A DNA stretch of 55,962 bases, the filler included, from Basidiobolus ranarum (Eukaryota), in the NCBI GenBank assembly GCA_040143965.1. It is 5 parts of 5 records of this genome, joined end to end, with 100 filler letters (N's around TTAATTAATTAA, not from the genome) between each part and the next. Parts side by side here need not be neighbours in the genome. Positions count along the whole stretch, not along the records: positions 33,672 to 44,773 come from JASJQH010007513.1; positions 44,874 to 55,962 come from JASJQH010007514.1; 3 more parts are not named here. One strand, given 5' to 3'. The notes below the pieces were generated by a model. It was given only the letters and a program-made list of their open reading frames with translations, was not told the DNA's origin and ran no database searches. A program made the position numbers and the translations under genes. Shown one piece after another: positions 37,174 through 49,762 of this stretch (the stretch's first letter is position 1; each line of letters begins with the position of its first letter).

Positions 37174-39507
37174 TTGTGAGTTAGGACTTGAGGTTGAGTT
37201 GCCTAATGAGGTTTTGTATTTCCCAATCGTGTTGGTTGATTTATGAATAGTGAAGGAATTGAATGCGTTGAGGAGAGGCCGGATGCTTTCGCTTTTATAT
37301 TTGTAGACGAAAAGATTGATCGGAGTGCACTTGCCAACTATGACGACACTAATAAGATGATCCAAAACACTGGAGCTGATGTCCAATAGAATCACTCGGC
37401 GATCTGAGGAGGCGGCTCAAGCTTTCAGCATTTAAGATAATGAGATGATGATGATTACATCATGATGAGCTCTCATACTGCATTTGAATGAAACAACATC
37501 AGGCCTGAGAATTATCGTTGTGCACTCATACAGTCATATTACCGTCAACTTGTATCTTATGTCATCAACTCGACGATCACTTAGCTGACTAAAGCAAGTA
37601 GTAGCGTAGGGGTTCTTTGAAGAATTTGCAAGAGACTTAGTATATCCTAAAAGCTAGCAATGGTGAGTCTTTTAATCACCCATAAGCCGAACAGTGTCGA
37701 GATAATTGTGACGGAGTTGAGTTGGAATTCTCAGCCATCAATTTTGCCTTTTTATGGTACATTACATCATAGTGACGTTATACGCTATTACCAAAATAGG
37801 TCAACATTTGATCTGACACTGATGTCATAATTACCATCATTATTGACTCCTCCTCATACTCTTAACAGTAAATAATGAATCAAATCGAAGAACTGGAGGT
37901 GTCAAGAAATCAACATAGATTATCTGATTAGAATCACTGATCAATTAGGAACAATCTTAAGGAGAGATGGTATGAATTACGGGAGTAAAGCATGGTTTTA
38001 ATATGAAGATTAAACCACATATTAACACCAAGTTCCCTCGTATATATATATACACCTTGGCACATAAATCATTTCCATTCACCAAATAGACATTACCACC
38101 TACCGAATTGTTAATCCATTCGAAGCATTCTTTTAATCAAACAATGAACCCACACCGTGGGATAGATAGATAATGTGATTTAACTATCCTCGATGTATAT
38201 GGTAACGTCAGAAAATGTACCACTGACCCTGTGTAAAGTAGTAAACCACATTTCGTGCCTTTGTGTATTTCCTTAAGTTCTTAGTTCCTATGATTATAAA
38301 ATTACCTGTTAAAGGTGCTGCTACCAATAAGGCGGTCATCATAATTCGTACATAACTCGATTAAAACTTGATGATAGGATCTAGACCAAATCCTTGAACA
38401 TTCAGTTAATTATCTTCCCGTTTTCAGAGGTGGAATATATCAAGATACAATCAACTAGCTATACAATTTGCAGCTATAACACCAATAAAAATAGCCTAAA
38501 TACTGGTTGATAATATCGGCCCTGATTTTACATGCCATTACCACTTGGTACTTAACCGATTTACTATTAGACGCTATATATATTATATACCTTACATGTT
38601 GAGAGATAAAATGTTGGAATTTTACAAAATTCATGGGCTTTCATATTGCAATTTGTTCTCGTTGAGAATACTAGCGAAGTTGGCATATGATCCAATTGAA
38701 AATAGGCTCACACTGCACACGAAGTCTCTCAAATTCAGGCCGGTAAAAGATAAGAATGCTCATTTATTACCAACAAATTGACAGGAAATTCAATAACATT
38801 CTCAAGCGGTTAGGCAGCGGAATGTTAGAATGTAATCCTGGAGATATTAAACTTGGGAACTTTCAATGTTTGATCATATTAATTCCGTGCACCATTTCAG
38901 TAAAATAATATATTACCTAATATCTAGAATTTATAGCTTCAGTTTGCATCATCTGCATAAGACTTGTTTTCGGCCTCGGAGGGATTCTAGCTTCTCTCCC
39001 TATTAATCAGGTAATATATGTATGCTGTGGTCGTACCCGACCATTTGTAGCGAGCATGGTAATACAGAAATTTCGGAAAAGTAGTAGCTAATAGATACCG
39101 GATTTTTACGTTGAATGATCGTATTGTTTAGCGTTTGTAATCAATGAAACTGGAAATATCACGAACGATTAGTGGAAATCTTATTCAGTTTTTCATGATC
39201 GATCAATCGATTGATCGTAAAATCAATTTTATGGTTCAATCTTACATGTTTAGAATATAGATTCTTTTGGAGCAAATGGAAATCGGCAGGTACAGGAATA
39301 TAATGCAGTTTGCTATTGATGAAATGATGTGTTTTTACAAAAGTGGTAACAAAGGAAATATGGACAACATTTGAGTGCTTGTGCAATTTAGGGCTGTTGG
39401 ACCTTATATATATGAAGATCTCAACGCTACCAAATATCTGAACTGGAAATACTTCAGAGTTGCTGATACACTAGGACTAATAACTGGCCTTTATTGCATT
39501 CATATTC

Positions 39508-39813
39508 TGTTGAAATATTTTGGAAAATTGATGGTAGTGGTTTAGAGAATTAGAACAGTTGGTGGTTTTCACTTATTGACTTATTGAGTTGACATTTATA
39601 TTTTGTCAAGGGGTAAACAAAAAACATACAGAGTGTTTTAAGAAAGGTCCCTAGAACATGTGTATAAAGTTTGGGGCCTCTAAGACAAATTCTCAAAATC
39701 TTCTGAGTAAATTCCTGTTAAGAATAATGAGTGATATCATACAAAAATATGGAATAACTAAGTACTAAGCTATATATGACTCTATAGATATTTAGACCAT
39801 GCTTATTTCAACA
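39508..39813 (+). mobile_element. Solo LTR, family A (older, internal deletion)
   Basis: TGTTGAAA...TTTCAACA, homologous to 21752-22098; TSD not recognisable. Confidence 0.8.
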
Positions 39814-39958
39814 GTGATACTGTCTTGATTGCCTTCTATACCTAAGAGAGTATGCCAACCTATACATCAGACAAGGAAATAAAATACCTGAGAAATTAAG
39901 GAGTTAGTATACAACTTTTAATAGATAGGTGAAGGCAGGATGACTTCCTAGTTATAAA

Positions 39959-40357
39959 TGTTGCAGGATCTTGACATAATGGGGGTAGACTTTGGGTATT
40001 AGAAGCAACTTATGATAGTGTGTTTTAGTTACTTTATTCTTGTTGGAGGATCTTGACATAATGGGGGTAGACTTTGAGTATTAGAAGCAACTTATGATAG
40101 TGTGTTTTAGTTAGTTTATTCTTAAGAGTATATGGTGACTTATATAGTAGAAAAGTAAATCAATTGTTTGAGATATTCAGGAGTTTGTGTAATAAGATAT
40201 AATAGATAAGTGGGGGTAATAAGACATACTTGTTATATAGATATAGAGATATTCCTATTTAGAATATAGGGGCTATAGATACAATGCTTTCTGTTTCTGA
40301 TATATGTATCATAACTAAAGTTAACTATGATGTAGAATAAAGATTAATTATCCAACA
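39959..40357 (+). mobile_element. Solo LTR, family B, with its first 82 bp tandemly duplicated
   Basis: TGTTG...TCCAACA, TSD ATAAA/GTAAA, AATAAA near the 3' end; 39959-40040 repeated at 40041-40122. Confidence 0.7.
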
Positions 40358-40587
40358 GTAAAAATATAGCATTATTCCAAATTAAAAATAGAGGCTGTTG
40401 TTACAAAGCTTTCTTGTTTCTAATACATTTATCATAATCAGAGTGGTCTACAAGGTTGACAAAAAATCTTTTTTGCCATAACTAATGAGTAAAATTAGTC
40501 AAAACATAACTTGTTTGAGCTGACTGGAAGGAAGAACTCAAATACTTGGTAAATATCAACCTAGCTTTACATAATATACAAAGAGTT

Positions 40588-40915
40588 TGTTGAAACTAGC
40601 ATAGCCTAAGCATTAATTTGGTCATATATTACTTTGTATTTGCTTGTTTTATATCTCCCTAATATAGCACTAGCTATTCTAAATTGGAACTTACTTAGAA
40701 ACTCTCATACATATAGATTTTTGAACCTTTCATAGAAGCCCCAAGCTTTGCATGCATGTTCCTGGAACCTCCTTAACATATTCCACATGTTTGTTGACTT
40801 ACCCCATGACCAAACTATAAATGTCAACATTCTACTCAATATAGCAATTAGTAAAGACCATGAATTCTGCTAGTTCTCTAAACCACTTCCAGCAAACTGT
40901 CAAAATACTTTCACA
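40588..40915 (-). mobile_element. Solo LTR, family A (old, reverse orientation)
   Basis: TGTTGAAACTAGCAT...AAATACTTTCACA, diverged reverse complement of family A. Confidence 0.78.
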
Positions 40916-43900
40916 GCATTCCTGTGATACAAGCAATTGCAATTGCATTGAAATGCAACTATTTATTTCTATCTCTGATATCAAGATTTACAATGCCAAA
41001 AGCAAATATCTTTTCTTTAACCAGTGTCTCTAGGCAGCTTATTAGTTACATTTCTGGGAACACATCTATGACTTGGTGCAAATTGGATGGTTTGTTTGAA
41101 ACAAAGGTAAAAATGCAAGTGAATATGAAACTTGAACCATCAATGCTTCAATGAAACAATCACAAGTATAATCACACTCAATTAGAATGTTATACAAAAT
41201 TGTGTATAAGCTTCTTTTGTTGACCAAGAACTAAAATTATACCACTCTGCTCAGTAACTTCACAACCAACCTTACAAAAAGATTCTGGTACAGCACTCAT
41301 AACTATATCGAAACATTTCTAGGCATTGTTTTCAGCTAGAAAGTTTCTCAAAGTTATTTTCAGTACCAGTTTCAACCATCTGCTTTGTTGAAAATTGTTC
41401 TTTTGCACAAACCTTAAACTTGAAAATCTAAGGCATCAGGTATACCAATTATCATTTAAGAAGTGACATCAGTTATCATGCAGTACATGGTTGGTCATTT
41501 GCTCAAAATATCCAAGATTTTAATGGAAGGACTAATGATGGCCACCAAAGTGAGTGAAATTCATTTGCTACTATCTTCGTATACATAGAATTTTCTCTGT
41601 ATCAATGAGAAGAAAGCTGTTGCAATGTTACATCTATACTAAGAAAGCTTGGAATATTTTGAAGATGCTGTAAGATTTCGTCATTTTCTAAATTGTTCAG
41701 ATCAGTGATACTTATGTATAAATAGTGGTTATGATTCACATAGTATACAGTAAAACACTATCAATGGGGTACCACATGCTTCAGGTTTATTTAGATATTA
41801 GATATTTCACTTTAATCTTCCAAAAAGAAGTAATATCTTCGGTTTGTCGGAGCTCAGTATCTCTATCTCCTGGATTATCCCTATAATTGCACCCTTGAAT
41901 ACTTCGTATACACTTTGAAGATAGCTACCATTGCTCAGTCAGTATCACTCCAGCCTCATATCGTTTAATTAGGATATATGCGAATTATTCAAAAAGCAGC
42001 GAAGTTTAACCTGAAATTTCAAAGTAGTCCAAATTAGCCCCAGAGTGGCTCATTGTACTCCCGCAGATGCTCTGAGCGCAATCACATTCTGTATTTTAGT
42101 GTTACTTCCAAAAGCATAAATTCTTTATCTACATATCTCTAAGCAAGCACCACAAGATTTTTCAATACACATTTCGGAGTATAATGGTTCTTGTTGTATA
42201 CTCTGATATCTGTTCATTTCTACCACCTCCTCATCATTACTCCAAATCCGTTTTGTCAGTTCTACTTTGTGCTCTACAATTTTCAAAATAATTCCCCCCA
42301 TATTGATATCTCTATCCTTCAGTTAATACTTATTCAACATCAGCTATAACTAAAGATCGCATCACAGTGAGTATTTTGGACCGGTTTCAACCCACTTAGA
42401 TAAGTGTAATAAATATCACGAACAACTGAGCCGGTTAGTATGAGAAAATTCATGGCTCGAAAGCAACTACATCGAAATAATACCTAAATCAACTAATTCG
42501 TGCCGGCATTGAACTGATTAGAGTTCATTCCAATCGTTAGGAGCTAGATCGACATAGACATTGACTGCCACTTGTGTTTATGAAGGCAACACTAATGAGA
42601 GCATATACCGTTCAGCCTTTTCGTCACATTTCCTTATCGAATTGTAGTCGGAACCAAATAACTAAAACCTGTTTATCTTGGCGGATTCGAAGGGACATTC
42701 TAGAAATCAAATGGATTTCGAAATCATTCCACTTATCCTGGTTGACCTGAATTATCTTGGTCAACTAGAAAAATATTCGAACGATGGAATCACGATCACA
42801 ACATGCATGGACTAATGTTTGGTGAGCAGAGGTAATACAGATCAATCGATAGATGCTGTTGTGAGCACTGTGGGTTCGGAGTGACTAGGGAGAATGTGGG
42901 ATGTTTCCTAGGTCGGGGCGCACCTTCATCCTTACGGATAAGGGTTATTTCGCATGGAGTGGGTATTGTTTGTATAAAGTGTATTGCTAATGATAACTGG
43001 TTACATCCCAAATAACGAAGTTCAGATAGGTACAGGTCATTGTAGTATTCATCTTCCACTGTATGACCCAGCATCTACCTATAGTGGCTTACTAGTCTAC
43101 ATGTGGCTAAGGGCTGGTGGAGTGGCAAATATGAGATAGTGGAATTTTCAACTCTTGGGTATTAATCAAGCATCCACACCGGTGCTGTTTCTGATAGTTC
43201 GCTGCCTAAGCATAAAGATGCGAATCTCTTTTATAATCAAGAAATCAGATCATGGCTAGAAAGAAGTGTAGAATCGCGGTACCCCGACTCATCTAAGTCT
43301 TTGTCTTTGGGAATGCGGTTCTTATTTACCCTGGTTGTTGGTCATTCTTTCATATCCGCTTACTAATTCGTATTCGTTCATGTACAGAGTTCATATTGGG
43401 TCATTTGAAGGTTCCAGAACATCCATCCTAGCTTATTAATGGATGTGGCTATGGAATGGGCAGCTGCCCTACCACGTGAAAGCAGGAGTGGGAATGTTGT
43501 GGTGAAGGGGTTAATGAGTGGAGTACATGGAGAGGAGGGAGGGGAGGGGAGAGAAGAGCCGAATTAAATGTTGTTTGAATAAATTGGTTGAGGAGTTTCT
43601 TTATACTGACTCATAATTTTATGGTTAAACCGGGATTTCAACTGGTTAGATGAAAATATGTTTAGGGTGATACGCATCATGATGAGTCGCTTGGTCCGCT
43701 TAGTAATTCCGTGACTCCTGAGCAAGGTGTTTGGAAGATTTGATAGTGCATCTGTCAATGCTGTACGACCAGCGGATCGCGAATCGTGGCCTTCTCCATG
43801 GCTGAATAGCTTGAGTAATTTATATTGCTGATAAAGTACTCGCGTTGTGATTGAATACTAATAAATACTCCCGCCCAACTGATCGAAATCATCTCCCATA

Positions 43901-44773
43901 AACGTTCACAACGCTACCCTTTGAGGGTACCTCCGTGCATTCCGGATTTCTTGTGCAATGGTTCCATTTGCAGTCAGACTACATCATAGATCGGAAATTT
44001 GGGTGAAATTTCATTCATAAACAATGGCAAACTAAATCCGGATCCCGGAAGAGATCGCAAACGAAAGTTAAGCCTCCAATCGACATATTGATCACATTGC
44101 TTAGCGCCAGTTCGAAGCCTTTGTGGCATTTCGTACTCTCCAATAGATCTCAATCAGTTATGTTACAATCCTTATCTAACTGAGTGACCCTCAGCCATAA
44201 GCTAAGGGGCCAGAGCCACCTTGGATGAAGAGATTCTTGTATTTTGAGTAATCTCTTCAGAAAGCCTCGGATGGTTAATGAGATATGTGAAAGCTTCCTG
44301 GTACTACTTGAGTGAAAATTCACTTGCGCAAGGCTATTGTGGCCCTCATTTGTTTACTTTCGAATCATACATTCTACCGTCATCATAGTTGCTAGCTTGA
44401 GTGAATAAATTGCTTCATAAACTACTCTACTTATAGTGATACATTTTGCTCTGAGATTTACAAAGTTGATCTCAACTATAATGACCCGTGACAGCGCGGT
44501 AATATTATTTTGTCTCTATTCTCAGACCAAATGAAACCATCCTCCAACTTACAGAGAGTGTATTGCAAGTGATGGTGCTGTTGAAAGTGGTGGTTTAAGA
44601 GATTCTAAAGCGGTTTAAAGAATATCCAGAAAAAAGGAATCACCAGTCAACCCTACGAAAACACCACCCTACCCTTGACTATAGTTCTGGATCATCGAGA
44701 GCACCTCATATGTACATTAATATTAGTGGGAACATCGGAGAGAAAATCAATTAGACTGATAGTTAAGTTTGCT

Positions 44774-44873
44774 NNNNNNNNNNNNNNNNNNNNNNNNNNN
44801 NNNNNNNNNNNNNNNNNTTAATTAATTAANNNNNNNNNNNNNNNNNNNNNNNNNNNNNNNNNNNNNNNNNNNN
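44774..44873. other. Artificial contig linker
   Basis: N44-TTAATTAATTAA-N44. Confidence 0.98.
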
Positions 44874-45622
44874 GTGGTTCGTGACATCTCGTTTACAAGG
44901 GTCTAGTATGTCCATTATTGTGTCGAAATGATCGGATTCAATGTAATTCTTGCTTAAAATTAAAAGCTCGTGCATTTTCTCAACCTCCAAGATGGATGAT
45001 ACAAAGTCCGTCAATGGAGCCTCAGTTCTAGTAAATTATCTTTTTGGAGTGACTGCGGATGAGCAGTGATTCTCGCAATGATGTAGATTTTCAGATACTC
45101 GATGCTAATTGGTAAGTCACAAAATCGTATTCCTCAAGAGGTGGTGGATCTGACTCTAATCTCTGGGAAATTCGCAATTTGATTGGTCCCAAATTTACAA
45201 AGTAGTACATCCATAGTCAGAGCCTATCATGAAGTGATTTCAAATACTAAGTGGTACCTGGTTTACCTTAAATCCAGTTCTAATAGAGCTAAAATTGGCC
45301 ATCAGATTAAGCATGCCAAACCTAGATGATAAGAACCAATGGCCTCATTTTTAAAAAAATGAGTAAAAGTTATAGCACATGGTGGGTGTTGTGAAAAGCA
45401 GACAGACCAAAGCAACCATTTCCATCGATGGCCTGCCACTAAGATATACTTGTTTAACCCTCTAATCTCGTTTTTCGGGCCGATTGTCAGTGACGATACA
45501 ATGAGTGCATGTATATAAGGCAGACCATACATCGAGTCAGCCACATCAGCTCTATTACGGTCAGATTCACATTTGTTGGTTCTCGATTGACCTCATCACT
45601 TTATATTTGAATTTTACGAAAT

Positions 45623-46944
45623 ATGACTCCAAACATATTCAGTCGCATCCGAGGAGTTGATGCTCCTACTAACATAGAAAAATCCAAGGTGATTAAAGTT
45701 GCTATGACACACATCGTGTTTACCCTTTGCTACAATAATCATCTTAGCTAACGTATTCTCCACGGGCACTTTCTTGCCTTTCAACAGGATGCAGTTCGTA
45801 TAGGAATATTAGGTGCTGCTAGAATCGCACCTCAATCACTTATCGGCCCTGCTGCCGGATTAAGTGACGTGTCAATCGTCGCAGTAGCTGCACGTGATAT
45901 CAAGAGAGCTCAAGTTAGTTAGAAATGAAGCTGTATTACAGTATAAAGGTGAACCAACAGACATTATTTATGCTCACTTAGGAATATGCTGATCAGCACA
46001 AAATACCCAGAGCGTATGGCAGTTATGATGAGTTGCTGAGTGACGCTGATGTGGAGGCAATATATAACCCACTCCCAAATGCTCTACACTATGAATGGAC
46101 CTTAAAAGCACTCCAAGGTATGCTCCAGGCTCTTAAAATAGTTTAGTTCCTCATACTAAATACAGCGAACTTTTTTGTAGCTGGAAAACATGTTTTAATA
46201 GAGAAACCAGCGGTGTCGAACAGTGATGAGGCAAGGAGAATTGAAGAAGAGATGCAAAAGCATCCAAATTTGATTGTACTAGAGAATTACCATTATCAAT
46301 TTCATCCTGCGCTACTACGGTTTCGAGATATAATACATAATGGCAGTATAGGGAGGATCAAGAGTGTCTCTGCAGTGATCCGACTCCCCAATATGTTTGG
46401 TTTGGATGACATTCGCTTTAACTACGAACTTGCTGGCGGGATCAACATGGATCTAGGTTGCTACGCGATTTCAGCTCTAAGATTTATAACAGATATGGAG
46501 CCTCTTAGCGTTACCGAAGCTGCACCTACCATTGTAAAAGAGGATATAGATGGTGAGATGAATGCAACCTTACAGTTTCCAGATGGAATTACTGGCAACA
46601 TTCATGTATCAATGATAGAATCATGGCTCAATTTCTACAACTTTCTTCCACTTTTCACTGTCATTGGAGAGGAGGGAGAGGCTTCTATATCAGCCTTTGT
46701 TCTACCACACATGTATCATACAATTACTGTGAAATACAGTAACACCGGAGAGACGAAGTATGAGAAAATTTATGAAGAGGGACGCTCGTCTTATCAATAT
46801 TCCCTCAAAGCATTTGCCAGTAAAATCCGTGGACTACCAACTAATTATTGGTATCCATTCGCGAAAAGCATTGGAAATGCTGTTAGTGTAGATATGGTTT
46901 ATGAGGCGGCAAACATGAAACTTCGAGGTAAACCATCGGCATAA
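45623..46944 (+). CDS. Gfo/Idh/MocA-family NAD(P)-dependent oxidoreductase, 4 exons
   Basis: VRIGILGAARIA, IYNPLPNALHYEW, AGKHVLIEKP and GGINMDLGCY joined over three GT-AG introns. Confidence 0.9.
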
Positions 46945-48159
46945 TTAGTGCTTTGCTCAAGTCAATATAACATTGATGCTAACTTCTTTACACCATACTG
47001 TATTCAAGTATTGTTATTTATAAAAATCAAAACCAGATGAATATATATTAAAGCTCCTGTTACAGATATCGATACTCTCCTAAACAAGTAGCATGTGATT
47101 TAGTCACTGGATTTATAACAATTCGTTGCTGTGATAAAATTCTCCTAAAATTCAAATCTACTCAGGCTCATGCTATCCGTAGGTTGAGTCAAATACTATT
47201 ATTGTAAGGAAAGATAACAACTGTTGTAGAAGTAGTGGGATAAAGTAGTGAGCCAACTGTTGTAGAAGTAGTGGGATTAAAGTTATGAATAGCAACTTGA
47301 TTCTAACCACTAACACTGTAAGCCACCTCCTATTTGTAAAGTAGGAATATGACTTCCGTTCGACTTCATGTGCAAGTTGTTGAAATGTATATCCTTTGAT
47401 TAGCTCTATATAATCGTAATACCAATGAGCATGTAATAATGGCACTTGCTGTCGATTAAGAAAAATCATATACCTACACTTTTGCACTAGCGGCGATAAT
47501 GGCTTATAGCAAACAATGATTGCAGATATTGTCAATGAAATTCGACTTCTATAAATTTCAACTTGCTATTTCCAACTGTCACAATGCATGAACATCCTCT
47601 TGCCGAAGATATAATTCTATCATTATTAGTGCATATAATTGGTTAATTCTGTAAGTTAAACTTCAACGAGCTTGAAATCAACCAGTAATATAGTTCTGTG
47701 ATTGGATACTAGTTAGAAAGGCCAAGCCTTTTGGTCACACTCGTATTGTAACCACATAATGTGAAAGGTTGATTTCACTAGATAAGTAAAAATAGCAATA
47801 ATAGTAACAACAACCGCTCAATCCCGTAATTTCCGAAACTGTGCATACAAACAAGATATGACTAATATAATAGAATTGAGTAGCGAATCAATCAGATGCA
47901 AAACCGTCAATGTAACAATGACCGAGTGTGATGTAACTAACTCGAGAGTATCAAGATATATTCCCATACACTCGGTGAAGGTGGATTTCGGTATTATTCA
48001 TTTATCTGCTTACAGTGTTAGGTTTATTAACAACAGGGAGGTACTTGAAACATAGAAAGCACACCTAAGAGACGGATTATTCCACTGCTGGTATCATTTC
48101 GGTAGTCCTTATTAGTAATAAATATATTGAAGGTAAACTAAATTAGAGAATCGGTAAAA

Positions 48160-48879
48160 TCAATCACTGCGTTCCCTGAAGAACCAACTGTCCAAATCGC
48201 CTTGATCTCCTCCACTAATGTTTATAGAAGCATACATTTTATAACCCATGGCTCGAATGGCGGCAAGAATGTTGACCAATAAAACACGGGCGCGAATCGT
48301 CTCTCGGCCGTCAGCGAACCACGGATCACCCAGAAGTTTAAACTCCCAAGAACCATTGTAACGCCTTTCGTGTTGGATTCTCCAACAGTTACGGACCACT
48401 GCTCGAATAGCATCCTGGATTTCAGGCGGTGCACATATTATTCTCAAACGGTCACTCTGATTGAAAGAAATCGAAAATATAACTGGTGAGCAAACAACCC
48501 CGGTATATTCAAAGAAAAGTGTGTCTTTGTCGGAATGTTTCTTACTGATATCTGCGGCTGCTAGATATCTCCAGCCTTGTTGTTCCATATATCGTAATAT
48601 CTCTACCAACAAAACCCGACTGGGTACGGATTCATCGCCTTGGCCATGCCAAGGTCTTCCAAATAGTTTAAATTCGGGTTGTTCGTAATAATCCCGGTCA
48701 TCTTGTATGCCTTGGCTCCAACTACGCTTGAGCATATCACGAAAAGATATTCTCATATCTTTCGGAGTTCCAATAAGTCGAATCTTATCGCTTTCATTTA
48801 TCGAAATACAGCACACAGTCGAGGGGAGAGATGTAGTCGCTTCATAGGACGGAAGTGCTACATCTACGTGTTTAGCCAT
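48160..48879 (-). CDS. Conserved protein of unknown function with an internally duplicated domain (copy 1)
   Basis: Two repeats of ISxNxSD(K/R)xR..W..IQ..EFKLxGxPW..G...R.LL..IL..G......IS..D.D..FF. Confidence 0.85.
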   Translation of the reverse strand: MAKHVDVALPSYEATTSLPSTVCCISINESDKIRLIGTPKDMRISFRDMLKRSWSQGIQDDRDYYEQPEFKLFGRPWHGQGDESVPSRVLLVEILRYMEQQGWRYLAAADISKKHSDKDTLFFEYTGVVCSPVIFSISFNQSDRLRIICAPPEIQDAIRAVVRNCWRIQHERRYNGSWEFKLLGDPWFADGRETIRARVLLVNILAAIRAMGYKMYASINISGGDQGDLDSWFFRERSD

Positions 48880-49651
48880 GCTAACTTCTGTATTGCAATT
48901 AGCGATAATTTAAAGGAATATTGAATCCAACATCCAAGTGAAAGAGAAACCAACTGGCTTCCTCGTCAGATTTTTAAATGATTGGGCCGCTAAAGCTTGT
49001 CGGAACTCCAGTTTCCTTTTTAGCTTACTTGTAGAATTAAGAATTATCTGTGGCATAATCGAAATCATCAATTTTTGTTATTAGCCCTTTGTAGTACACA
49101 GGCTGAGCAAACGATGTAGACAAATAGAGACAGATCAGTGATTTCACAATTACTAGCGAAATACACAATTTCTGACTGTCCATGTATTATCTCTTGTATA
49201 ATTAATGAATACCGGTATTAACCAGACTTGGAATTGATCTGTAACTCTGGGTAAAACTGTGCTGCTTGTATCAGTTAAAAAAATATTAGTGCTTCATTCG
49301 CAATAGATTTATAGAATATCTGGATTGCTCTCTGATATGACAAGATGAGCACCTTCTTGGTAATGGCTTCACTTGATAGGGATATCAGATATAATAATGT
49401 AGCATTGCAGTTTCACTATCACTGTTAATGATAGTACAGCCCAAGGTATGATCATACAATAATATGTACAGCATTCACTTTCCAAAAGGATGTAATAGGT
49501 ACTATGTCCAATATCCACACTGACTCAAAAGGTAAAGCAGTGCATATCTCAACATTCCCAGTAAAATCTAGGACTGTAATACTTAGTGTTTTACTTATTA
49601 GGAAGGTAGCCAAGGCCAATGTCTACCTGAATAATCTTGGTTAGATACTAG

Positions 49652-49762
49652 TGTTGAAGTTTATCACCTTTATCATATTTGTTACCCCTATCTTCATACA
49701 CTTGGCTATTTCATATATCACATCTAAATTAGTGAACATTATTTAGTCAAATAACACTTGGC
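49652..49762. mobile_element. Fragment of LTR-like family C
   Basis: Homologous to 20003-20113. Confidence 0.5.

Noticed and set aside
36691..37395. Extended non-ATG starts given in the ORF track (also 1515, 31929, 52304)
   Set aside because: These start at GTG/TTG. In a eukaryote the first ATG is more likely, and for 52253 the paralog confirms it.
40920..41790. MULE transposase remnant (HKYNH; VVMIHIVYSKTLSMGYHML)
   Set aside because: CpG-poor and probably transposon-derived, but the motif resemblance is too weak and frame-broken to call without an HMM search
42796..43760. LINE AP-endonuclease remnant (LAQES ... HPTFS ... IDLYYL)
   Set aside because: Motif spacing is too long for an APE domain, and the GDFN and SDH motifs were not found
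44874..45200. Partial minus-strand gene at the start of contig 5
   Set aside because: Only about 50 codons before the linker, an in-frame stop upstream and no recognisable domain
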